NCBI GenBank assembly: GCA_964036045.1
Contig: OZ038379.1
Location: 22,816,001 to 22,880,000 of the forward strand
Source: Eutreptiella sp. 'Long Island Sound 2002'
Lineage: Eukaryota > Protista > Euglenida
Reading direction: 5' to 3'
DNA length: 64,000 nucleotides
Part shown: in pieces, positions 37,495-47,827 of the stretch
Numbering within the stretch: position 1 is the first letter of the stretch
Layout of the letters: every line of letters starts with the position of its first letter
The notes under the pieces: model-generated
Told to the model about the DNA's origin: nothing
Seen by the model: only the letters and a program-made list of their open reading frames with translations
Database searches by the model: none
Made by a program: the position numbers and the translations under genes

Positions 37495-37730
37495 GAAAAG
37501 GGAGGGCTGGGGTGGGTCACAAGCATGCCATGAATACAATAGAACGCCATGAATACAAGCAGCTGTGGCGTGGGGCAGGGGGGAGGACCAACCCAGTTAC
37601 ACTCAGCTCATGCGCCGATTTCTGGTGGAATGACGGCATCCAGATCACCACCATTTACTACGACACTTTTGGAGATTGCTTCTTCTACTTGTGCTCCACT
37701 TTATTCCAGACAAGTCCCATGTTTCCTCAG

Positions 37731-37913
37731 GTTGCCAACCCTTTCAAGCACCAGCGCGAGCACTGCCAGAAGGATTTTGTGGCAAAGAAGGTGCAGGGGA
37801 TTCTGAACCGCATCACGCCTGAGAAGTATGAGACTCTGTCTCAGCAACTGGTGGACCTGATTGCCCCGCACATGGCTGAGGAATCCGAGTCCACCACGGA
37901 GATTTGCAAGGAG
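37731..37913 (+). CDS. eIF4G: eIF4G exon 8, start of MIF4G
   Basis: KKVQGILNRITPEKYETL matches the eIF4G MIF4G opening motif (ILNKLTPxxF); boundaries cctcag|gtt and gag|gtgtga. Confidence 0.92.
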
Positions 37914-40090
37914 GTGTGATGAGCAGGAGTAAGTCAGCACACATCTTGGCTCCTGGAATGTTCCCCCCCCCTAGCTCTGCCTTTGGGCTGGTGCTCTCCA
38001 CCACAAATGATGTGGGAAAGGTAAACAAAAGGCCAGGGGTTTCCGGATCCCCATGGTGTGACAAATCAGTGGTGCGCTGCATTTCCAGACATTTTGCGGT
38101 AGAGTGTGCTCGCTGTGCCATAGGCCAAGAGGTAACCGATTGCTTCGTACTAGGAGTACGGTCCCACCAAATTTCATGGGGATGACAGAATGTGAACCCT
38201 ACCAGCGCTGGCAGTGGAATGACACCACAGAGGCAGTGTGCTGCAATGGGGTGCAGTGGACAGACATTCCACTCTCACCCACAAAATTGAACTACCCATC
38301 CCCATTCCCTCCTCCCCCCCCCCCTGTCACCTATCAACAACAACAATGGTTGACCTCAGCTAAGACACAGGGCATACGTGGGGAGGAGGACGAGTCCGCT
38401 TTCGCGTCGGCCAGGTGAGGAAATTTTGGAGCATAAAGGCAAAGCAGATAACAAAGCAGCAGAGCGGAGCGGTGAATTCTCTTATTGCATGCTTTTGTCC
38501 CCTTGCATCCACAAACATGCAGGAAATGTCTAAAGTTGGCAGAACACGTCTCCTGTAGCATGCAGTGTCTACACACTACAGAACACTTTCACTAGCGGTA
38601 CAGGCAGTGCTGTCATTTTACTCGTTATTGGGCGGTAAAATGATGGCACGTCGAAGAAAACTCACCTTCTATCTCGTGGTGTCTCATGTTTTCTTTCAGC
38701 AGCCACAATATCCAATACAAATTTGCTGTGCATTTGCTTATTTTTTTTTTTTGCAATTCGTCTCTTCTAATGTAACTGGATGTCTCCACCGCACAGGCCT
38801 GATGGCAAGGACCAATTTAACCCATGTTTATGAAATAAACGTAAGTTTAACACGCAGTGACCTGTCGTCTGTGTCTCAGACCCACTGAGTTTTTTGCCGT
38901 GGCTCACTGACCCCAAATATGCATTGTTCGATGGACACGTTTCTGCTTGCCTGGGATGTGGGTACACACGACAACAGTTCAACAAAATTCATTTTACGGA
39001 TGTTATCAAGCACCTGAATGGCTTTGAGGGAAAAAATACTGGTTGGCGCAAGTGTTCTCGTCCGTTCATTGGCTCGAGAAGAGCATGGACCGCCATTCAT
39101 GCCATGTGGAGCATGTGGAGCAAAAGCTGTTGGCAGAATTTGGCATTGCCATTTTGCATTCCCCATGGGTGAATCTTGAAGTGCCCAGTCCACCGATTTA
39201 CATTCAATTTGGGGGTTTTTCAAAATGCTATGGAGACGGGGCACTGCCACCCCTCAGATTTCACAGGGAACTAGGATGCTGAGCACGATGGCCCCATTAG
39301 TCTGCATCAGTGGTTGAGAAAACATTCTTAACAAATCTGGACAGGGCCCCCTATCTCCTGGTGTCTTGGTGAGCACCTTGTGCTCCATTTGTGTATTGAG
39401 CACTGCTCTCCTCTCCACGGTAGTGTGGATGAATGCCAATTTGGTCAAGTTGGATATTGGACAGAAGCCCACAGTTCCATGGTGGGCTGCATTATTGCAC
39501 ATGTGCAACCAGCACCTTTACACTGAAGCAAGCTGCAAGTGTAGCCAGCTCACTACCACAAGGTAGGGCGCAAAGCTGAGTGTTGTGTTCCACTACACTA
39601 TTGTATTCCGCCAGATGTGTCAGCATGCCGTTTGGAACGGTGCATCGTATGCACCATGGCACGCAACCCATACAGAAGCTGTGGTAAAATGGCCCATCAT
39701 GCAGCACACCAATGATGACAAACGCTTGATCTGGAGCGCTACATAAATCACATTGGTGGTGGAGGGTATGCGGCTGGGAGAGGCAGAAGTGGCATACATT
39801 TTGTGGACAGGCTGGTCCTGATCCCAATCAACACGTACGTGGTTGTGACCTCCTGGGGCTCATTGGTTCATAAAACCATTCGTTTTTACAAGCAGGAGGG
39901 AGGGGGGTTTGTCCAATTGTCAAAACCATCTCATTCTCAACGGATTCTATATTGCACCAACACATCGCTAGTCTGCTTTTCAATTCCACTCAGAGCTGGA
40001 ATGCAAGTTTCTCCCACATTCCCCTCATTGTATGGGCACCTCAGTGGCATAAAATGTTGTTTGCATGCACCACGCCTGGGAATCATACAG

Positions 40091-40239
40091 GTGAGCACAA
40101 AAATCTTCGAAAAGGCAGTTGGGGAGCCCCAAAACAGTACCATGTATGCTGATTTAGTGCAGCTGTTGCACATCACACAGCAGAGACTGACTCGCGAAGT
40201 TCGTGCTACCGGACGGCCCGCTGCTGCAGCCTCAATCAG
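40091..40239 (+). CDS. eIF4G: eIF4G exon 9 (MIF4G)
   Basis: VSTKIFEKAVGEPQNSTMYADL matches IFEKAxxEPxFxxxYAxL; donor ag|gtatgt, phase 2. Confidence 0.92.
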
Positions 40240-40724
40240 GTATGTCTCGTGCCATGGTGGATGGCTGGTCTCCTGAGGTGTCCAAACACATGCACTCTTT
40301 GGTGCATGCTTCCTTAGACTCCTTTCACAAATGCATCCTGACCTGGATTGTACTTGGAGTCTGCTGTGCACTGCTCTGATCCTCCTGGGTCCCATGGTGA
40401 ATCAGAAAGGGTTGTCAGGGCATACAGATTGGTCTGGTATGAACAGCACAACCATCAGAGTTCAGTAAGTTGGTCAGGGTGTCAGTCCTGTGGCCCTCCC
40501 AGGCAGGTGAGGGGGGGGGGGGTTCGGGGTACAGGACCATAGGAAAGCCGACCATGGGCACGTTGGGTTTTCAAAGGGGGGGGGTCAATAGAGCCCCCAA
40601 AATCTTGGGGGGGGGGGGCTGGGTGGGAAAGGGGCTCAATGGACAAGGCACCATTCTTGCATAGAGAAGAGGAAGAGGCACCGCTTTGTCTCTTGTTCAT
40701 GTCTTCCCACTATGGGGAATCCCA

Positions 40725-41150
40725 AGAAGGCAGGGGTGATGTCCCCCCTTCTGATTTCATCCCCTCTTTTGGGGACCACCGAGAACGCACAGGTTACAAA
40801 GCAATTCCGCCCATTTGTGGGCCCCCGAGAAGGCAGGGGTGATGTACCCCCTTCTGATTTCGTCCCCTTTTCTGGGGAAGCCTGAGAGCGCAGGGATTGC
40901 ATAGCAATTCCGCCCATTTGTGGGCCCCCGAGAAGGTCGGGGTGATGCAGCCAGTTCTGATTTTGTCCCCATTTCTGGGACCCCGAGAGCGCAGGGGTTA
41001 CGAAACAATTCCGCCCACTTGTGGGCTCCCGAGAAGGCAGGGGTGATGTAGCCACTTGTGGTTTTGTCCCGTTGTTTTGGACCCTCCGAGAATGCAGGGG
41101 TTATGCAGCAATTCCGCCCAATCTTGGGCCCCCGAGAAGGCAGGGATGAT
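40725..41150. repeat. ~102-bp minisatellite, about 4 units
   Basis: aaggcaggggtgatg anchor near 40728, 40830, 40933, 41034, 41137; a partial unit recurs near 44860-44910. Confidence 0.9.
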
Positions 41151-41399
41151 CAACCCCCCCCCCCCCCCCCCCAATTGGCGGCCGAATTCGGCCGACCTCG
41201 CCGATTTGTTCCGCCAATTTGTTGGGTTTCTGAATTTTGCCGATTCTTTGGGTTTCTGTTATTTTGCCCATTCGTTCTGCCGAATTGTTGGGGCCTCTGG
41301 GATTGTAAAACCTTCGCGCCCTGACACTTTGAAGAAGGCCAAACAGCCCCGCGTGCTGAAAAACATTACAGTCGCACAGAGGGTGGAGAAGTACGGTTC

Positions 41400-41620
41400 C
41401 TCTTCTTCTGGCAGGCTTTGTGTGTGCATGGAAAACCAATTTTCTCAGCAAGACAAGTGACAAAAAATGCCAAAAAAATCGGTCCTGGATTTGATCCCAA
41501 GGGTGATCCCAGGGTGCATACCATTGGACCATTGCCTTGTACTGCCATGTACTCAGGTCAGGTCAGCTCAGCTCAGGGACCATGTACAGACTGAGAGACG
41601 ATTGCAAATGAGTGCTGCAC
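41400..41620 (-). mobile_element. SINE-like element with tRNA-derived head
   Basis: Minus strand A-box-like aatggtccaatggta (41519-41533) and B-box-like gggatcaaatcc (41487-41498); flanks similar to 44440-44660. Confidence 0.55.
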
Positions 41621-41880
41621 CCTGGGGGGCGGCCGGGCCCGGTCCTTGTATGCGACCCCCAGCCCCCCCCCCCCCCCCCGGGTTTTGAAAGATAGTGGTG
41701 CCGGGTCGGCCACCAACAAGTGTCTCTAGAGAAAACTGTCCTTTTTTTTTCATACTGTGTGTTGATACTCAAAATACTCAAAATTTTGTAGAGAATTCAT
41801 ATTTGTGTAAAAACAACAAGAAAAATTTTTGACTTGAAGGAGGGCTACAGGAGGGCTACAGGCCCTAACAGCAACCACAA

Positions 41881-44235
41881 CCCTAGCCCTAACCCTAATC
41901 AAGACTGAATATTGGGACCGAGCTGGTGGGGGAAGGAACATTAGATATGAATGGTGAGGGACACCAATGAGTCACACATTGAAGGCCGTTGACAAAGTGG
42001 AATCAGCTTGCAAGTGATCCCCTTCACCACAAGGCCCACTTTCAAGGCTTTTGCGGACTTGTGAGGGGCCAAAATGCCCCAAAATGGCCTCAAAATGGGC
42101 TCATTTCACCCGCTTGTGCACCCCAAATGGTGTGGGATGAGTTTTGGAAAAATGCGTTTTTGACCCATTTTCAACCCATTTTTGGTCCCAAAACAGCGCA
42201 TCTTCAAGGCATTTTGGGATTTGCGGAGGACCAAAATGGGCCACCACAAGCTCAAAACAGTCCAAAAACACTTGCTTTAGCATCACACATGGTCTAGGAT
42301 CATTTTTGAAAAAAGTCATTTTTCTGCCCCATTGGACCATATTGACCCATTTGGGCACCCACCTGTTTGGGCTTGAGCTTGCAGCTTGCCGCAGCCTACT
42401 GGGCCTGGGTACGGGGGTCTAGGCGTCCATTTGGGCAATTTTGAGGCGTGGAAACCACAAAAAGTGGGGGGTTGCGGGTGGACTAGGTGCCCTCGGAATC
42501 GCGTTTTCAGCCATGTAGCCAAAGATATGGCCTGCTCTTGGTTTGTGGCTGTCGCCCGCCAATCTGCACAAAATTTGGGGCTTCTGGGGGCCTTTTTGGG
42601 CCGTTTCCGGGACATATGGTGGAGTTAGAGGGCCGCAAAGGGCTCGTTGACACAGGATAGTCAAGCCGCACATGGAGTGTACCCACACTTTCCCTTTGTT
42701 TGGCCGTTTTGAATGGGTTCTAGGGCTGTTTTGGGCCAAAAATGGCTGTTTTTGGCCCTAAACTGCAGTTTTTGAAACTGAGGTCCGCCACTTGCGACAC
42801 CCGTTCCCGGCCGCCACCGTAGAGTTTCTGGCTCATACTTTGTGTGGTTGTCCCTCACACCCATAGGTATCATCCACCAAAATTTCAGCCGAATCCGAAG
42901 CACCACGACGGAGTTCTGATTTTTCCCCATTTCGCGCGTGCTGCTTGCTGCTGCTTGCTGCTTGCTGCTGCTGCTGCTAAACCTGGTAGGTCCACCCTAT
43001 ACCCTAAAAAGGGTTATAAAACCAAGACTGGTTCCACCAGCTCGGTGACCCTAGCCCTAACCCTAATCAAGACTGAATATTGGGACCGAGCTGGTGGGGG
43101 AGGGAACATCAGCTATGACTGGTGAGGGACATCAAGAATGATTCACACATTGATGGCTCTTGACAAAGTGGAATTAGCTTGCAAGTGAACCCCATCACCA
43201 CGAGGCCCACTTTCAAGGCTTTTTGGACTTCTAAGGGGCCAAAATGCCCCAAAATGGGCTCAAAATGGGCTCATTTCACCCGTTGACGCACCCCAAATGG
43301 TCTAGGATGAGATTTGGAAAAATGCGTTTTTGACCCATTTTTGACCCATTTTTGGTCCCAAAACAGCGCATCTTCAAGGCATTTTGGGATTTGCGGAGGA
43401 CCAAAATGGGCCACCACAAGCTCAAAACAGTCCAAAAACACTTGCTTTAGCATCACACATGGTCTAGGATCATTTTTGAAAAAAGTCATTTTTCCGCCCC
43501 TATTGGACCATGTTGACCCATTTGGGCACCCACCTGTTTGGGCTTGAGCTTGCAGCTTGCCGCAGCCTACTGGGCCTGGGTACGGGGGTCTAGGCGTCCA
43601 TTTGGGCAATTTTGAGGCGTGGAAACCACAAAAAGTGGGGGGTTGCGGGTGGAGTAGGTGCCCTCGGAATCGCGTTTTCAGCCATGTAGCCAAAGATATG
43701 GCCTGCTCTTGGTTTGTGGCTGTCGCCCGCCAATCTGCACAAAATTTGGGGCTTCTGGGGGCCTTTTTGGGCCGTTTCCGGGACATATGGTGGAGTTAGA
43801 GGGCCGCAAAGGGCTCGTTGACACAGGATAGTCAAGCCGCACATGGAGTGTACCCACCGTTTTCTTTTGTTTGGCCGTTTTGAATGGGTTCTAGGGCTGT
43901 TTTGGGCCAAAAATGGCTGTTTTTGGCCCCAAATTGCAGTTTTTGAAACTGAGGTCCGCCACTTGCGACACCCGCTCCCGGCCGCCACCGTTGAGTTTCT
44001 GGCTCATACTTTGTGTGGTTGTCCCTCACACCCATAGGTATCATCCACCAAAATTTCAGCCGAATCCGAAGCACCACAACGGAGTTCTGATTTTTCCCCA
44101 TTTCGCGCGTGTTCCTTGCTGCTTGTTGCTTGCTGCTGCTGCTAAACCTGGTAGGTCCACCCTAGACCCTAAAAAGGGTTATAAAACCAAGACTGGTTCC
44201 ACTAGCTCGGTAACCTTAACCCTAACCCTAACCCC
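41881..44235 (-). mobile_element. Two tandem ~1168-bp copies of the modular element (subfamily B) with CCCTAA-like hexamers at both ends and at the junction, in eIF4G intron 9
   Basis: gactgaatattgggaccgagctggtgg at 41903 and 43071; core ggactaggtgccctcggaatc is the reverse complement of 11950-11985; hexamers at 41881-41898, 43049-43066 and 44211-44235. Confidence 0.88.
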
Positions 44236-44439
44236 CCCCCCCTTCACCCCCGGTTGGACGCCCCCCCCCCCCCGACCCCCGGCAGGAACATCCCCCGACC
44301 CCCGGCTGGACCCCCCCCCCCCCCCCTACTCCCATGTATTGAAAGATATTTGGGGGGTGGGTTGCATCAGGACCAGTTGTAGTCACCCCCCCCGGGGGCT
44401 GCACACCCACCCAGCACACAGTGGGATGCAAATGGGAAG

Positions 44440-44660
44440 CCTGTGTGCATTTTTCTTCTTCCAAGAGGCTTTGTTTGTGCACAAAGAACCAATTTTCTCA
44501 GGGGGACAAGTGAAAAAAAATGCAAAAAAATTCCGGTCTGTAAACAGGGGGAATTGAACCCACGCCAGCAAAAATGTGTGCCTGGGCATATACCACTGGG
44601 CCACCATTGTGCACTGCTATACAAGTGCTCAGGGACCATGTAGAGACCGAGAGACGAAAT
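44440..44660 (-). mobile_element. SINE-like element with tRNA-derived head, related to 41400-41620
   Basis: Minus strand ggtggcccagtggta (44591-44605) and gggttcaattccc (44548-44561); shares cagggaccatgtaxagacxgagagacga with the 41575 copy. Confidence 0.6.
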
Positions 44661-44999
44661 TTTTTTCGAAAATTGAGAGATATTTTGCGTTTCCACATGA
44701 CTGCAACTATTAAGCAACCATAAGGAAGGTGTGTTCGGGGCCTGGGACTGAGATCCAAGGCACCGGGAGCCTGTCTTGCCGAAAAATTGGTGCGCCGATT
44801 TGTTGGGGTTTCTTCCCCCATTTGGGGGGGGGGGTTGGATGATGCTGCCACTTTTCATTTTGTCCCCTTTTCTGGGTATCCCCAAGAACGCAGGGGTTAT
44901 GTAGCAACTCAGCTGCAAGTGTGCGTGCTGTGCACAACCGGTTTGCTCACTGCTGCAAGCAGCAGTTTGCAAAAGCCAAGGAGGACCTCAAACGGCGTT

Positions 45000-45600
45000 G
45001 TGGTATGGTTACCCTTGGAGTGAAGGTTGAGGTGGAACATTTGCTCCGCCAAGCACGTGGTTTGGGTTTGAATTGGCAATGAATTGTTGCAAATTTGAAG
45101 CGGTTGCTGACTTATTTGGACTTGAGTGCCTCTAGCCCTAAGGCTCAGCTCATGCAACACGTGTATAATCACGCCGATTCCCTTCATACATATGTCGGTC
45201 TCCCTAAGGACAGTGCATTTGTGCTTGAGGAACCCATGGCTGATGAGGCCGAAGGCGACGATGAAGACATTGTTTGTGTTCATTGCCTTAGTGGTGATGC
45301 ATATCCTCATTTGTGAAGGTGCACATTCTGCCACAGTTGGATGGCACCAGTTGTGCTTGACTCCAACCTTGCACGAGGTTCCTGCTGGTTGCTGGTTGTG
45401 CCCGGAGTGTGTCTCTGGAGTGGTCCAGGTAGCCGCTTGGCTGACCTTGACTATGCTCTTTCAAGGGCTACAACGGAGGCATCTACTACCTCCGGCTCTA
45501 CTTCCAACTCCAATTCCGACTCAAGCTCCAACTCGGGCTCGAGCTCTTCCTCTGACTTTGACTGTGACTCTGATTGACTCCAACTTTGACTGTGACTCTG
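45000..45600 (+). pseudogene. Frameshifted PHD-finger ORF relic, probably TE-derived, in eIF4G intron 9
   Basis: CVHC (45275) ... frameshift ... LICEGAHSATVGWHQLCLTPTLHEVPAGCWLCPEC, followed by a Ser/Asp-rich tail. Confidence 0.7.
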
Positions 45601-46099
45601 ACTAGGTCATGTGGTTCTCATGGAAGCTCTTGGTGGGGCGCTACACACATGTGTACCCGGAATTGACCGGGGACCGAGTGTCCTTAAGCACAAATACCAC
45701 CGTTATTTGAACCACGAAGGTCCCGAGGTTGGTTTTGTGGGGTTCCGTCAATTGAGCCTTTTGGGGGGTGGGGGGTGTAGCCAAGGGGCTCTATCAATCC
45801 CCCCCCCCCCCAATTGAAAGCCCGTCCACCCATGAGCCCAAGGCTGTGAAGCATTTTGCAAGGAGGCCACGAAAACTATTGAACGTCGTACCAGATATTT
45901 CGCTAGTTTGCTCTCACCCAGAGGCATGAGTGACCCAGGCTGACATCGATGAGTTTTGGACTCAAAATTTGGAATCGTTAAAGCCGCATGGCACATGCCA
46001 GCTGGCCAGGTGTCCAAAGTGTGCTCTGACTGTGGTGTATTTGTGTTATGCATGGCTCCCATGTACGCCCACTATCTTAAATTGTTTCCACATGTGCAG

Positions 46100-46209
46100 G
46101 ACACTGATCCTCAACCGCTGCCAGAGGCAATTCTATTCTGTCTGTGAGCCATCCAGTGACCCTGAGGAGTTCGAGATTCTGCATGCGAAGCACCGCAAAA
46201 GATGCCAAG
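46100..46209 (+). CDS. eIF4G: eIF4G exon 10 (MIF4G)
   Basis: (R)TLILNRCQRQF matches FRxLLLNRCQxEF; phase 2-1. Confidence 0.92.
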
Positions 46210-46814
46210 GTGCGATCCTTCAGTGGGACGCCTAGTCGTTGTAGGGCTGCTCATCCCCTCAATCAACCCCTTTGGGCTGCCTGCTTCCTGTGCTCTTCCC
46301 CTACATTGCCTTTTGTAAAACCACTCCAAGATAGAAATTGGAATGGCACAACAACAGAAGGGGCACTGGAGCTTTGGCAATAGATGGTGAGCTTTTGGTA
46401 AAGCATTTTACTAAGAAAGTCAGAAGGAAGGCATCTGGATTTAAATTGATGAGAGGGGTGAATCTACATAAGCACACAATTGATCTGAAGTTCTCGGTGC
46501 ATCAGGTCAGCTGGAGCAACCTGACCCCGTTGTGGCTGTGCAGTGCCTCAATCTTGGGATTGTGTTGCAATGAAACGATTTCCAGTGTTTGTTACTTGGA
46601 CAAAATTTTCATCCTACCTCCGTGCACATGCGGAAGGGGGACAAGGATATTGCCCAATCACTTTTTGCGTTCCCCCTGGGAAGCACGGCCTAACAATGCG
46701 CAGAGGCGTTTCTTTTACATTTCAAGAAATGTGGAGTGCTGCCTGTGTTGCAACGTTCACTCTCGCGATGATTGCAAACCCTCTGGTCTCCAATGTTGTG
46801 CTTTCTTGCTGTAG

Positions 46815-46936
46815 GTAACGCGAAATTGGTGGCTGAGGTATACCGCCGAAAGCTCCTGCCAGGGCTGATCATCGAAGAAGTCATCCACTTCCTGGTGAAG
46901 GACGACAATGTGGTGCCAGTTGCAGACCGGATGGAG
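46815..46936 (+). CDS. eIF4G: eIF4G exon 11 (MIF4G)
   Basis: GNAKLVAEVYRRKLL matches GNIKFIGELFKxxML; phase 1-0. Confidence 0.92.
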
Positions 46937-47827
46937 GTATTTGCACACCACAGGAGTGCTGGCCGAGGCGTGCATATGCGGTAAACGGCATTTGTTCGGC
47001 TTAATTGAAGATATGATCTTGCCCCAGGGATTCAGGTTGGCTACTGGACTCACTGATTTAGCTTAGCGGTGTTTGGCAAACCCCCTTTGTCCTCTGCAAG
47101 CGTGGACACCTCTGTTGGTGTGGGCACGATACAGTGCCTGTTGTACGGGCCCTGAACAGTCTCCCGTCGCATCTATTGCACACTGGTTCCCCATGGTGTG
47201 TTGGCCGGGCTGGTTCCCCACCTGGCAGCTTTGCATGGTGGATCGGCTTGCCTGGTAGCTCAGAAGTCAGCTGTGGCTGACGTGGTGGCTCAGCACCTCT
47301 GTTTCTGGTGCTTTCTGCTCCCTGCCACAGCAGAACGCTGGGTTTCATGATGTATGAGGAAGCTTTGCTGTAACCCTGGTAGCTCCAAGCCTCAGTGTCC
47401 AGCAAAGAGGGCTTTGCCCATGGACATCTTTGGGCCCAGTAGCCATGGTGGTTGTGAGGTTGCTCTCGTTTCAACTGAAGCAGTAGTTTCTTTTTATTTC
47501 TTGAATTTTTTTGTGGTTGTTTTGGGTAGTCGGGTGAAAAAGATTCTAAATAGGGTGACAGAAACGAGGTAATTTTGGTTTTTCTCATTGTGGTTATTGG
47601 GCTCATTGTGTTATTGGGTCACGTCTTTTGCGAACTAGGGTTGCAATTTTTCTCTTGTGCGCCTGTTTGGACACAAGCAAAAGGTAAGACCATTCTGCAG
47701 TGTGATAGGTTTTTTGAGCATGCTCATCTTCAATTTTTTCCCGCTTTTGACGAAGCTGAGGCAGTGGAGGTTACTATTCTCCAGGCAGTGGGTGGGTATG
47801 ATATAGGCCTTGTGCGATTCTTTTGCT

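Noticed and set aside
45240-45268. ctgatgaggccgaaggc resembling a hammerhead ribozyme core
   Set aside because: The required GAAA after stem II is missing and the bases encode ADEAEGDDED in the PHD relic; treated as coincidence. No convincing hammerhead was seen in the modular elements either.
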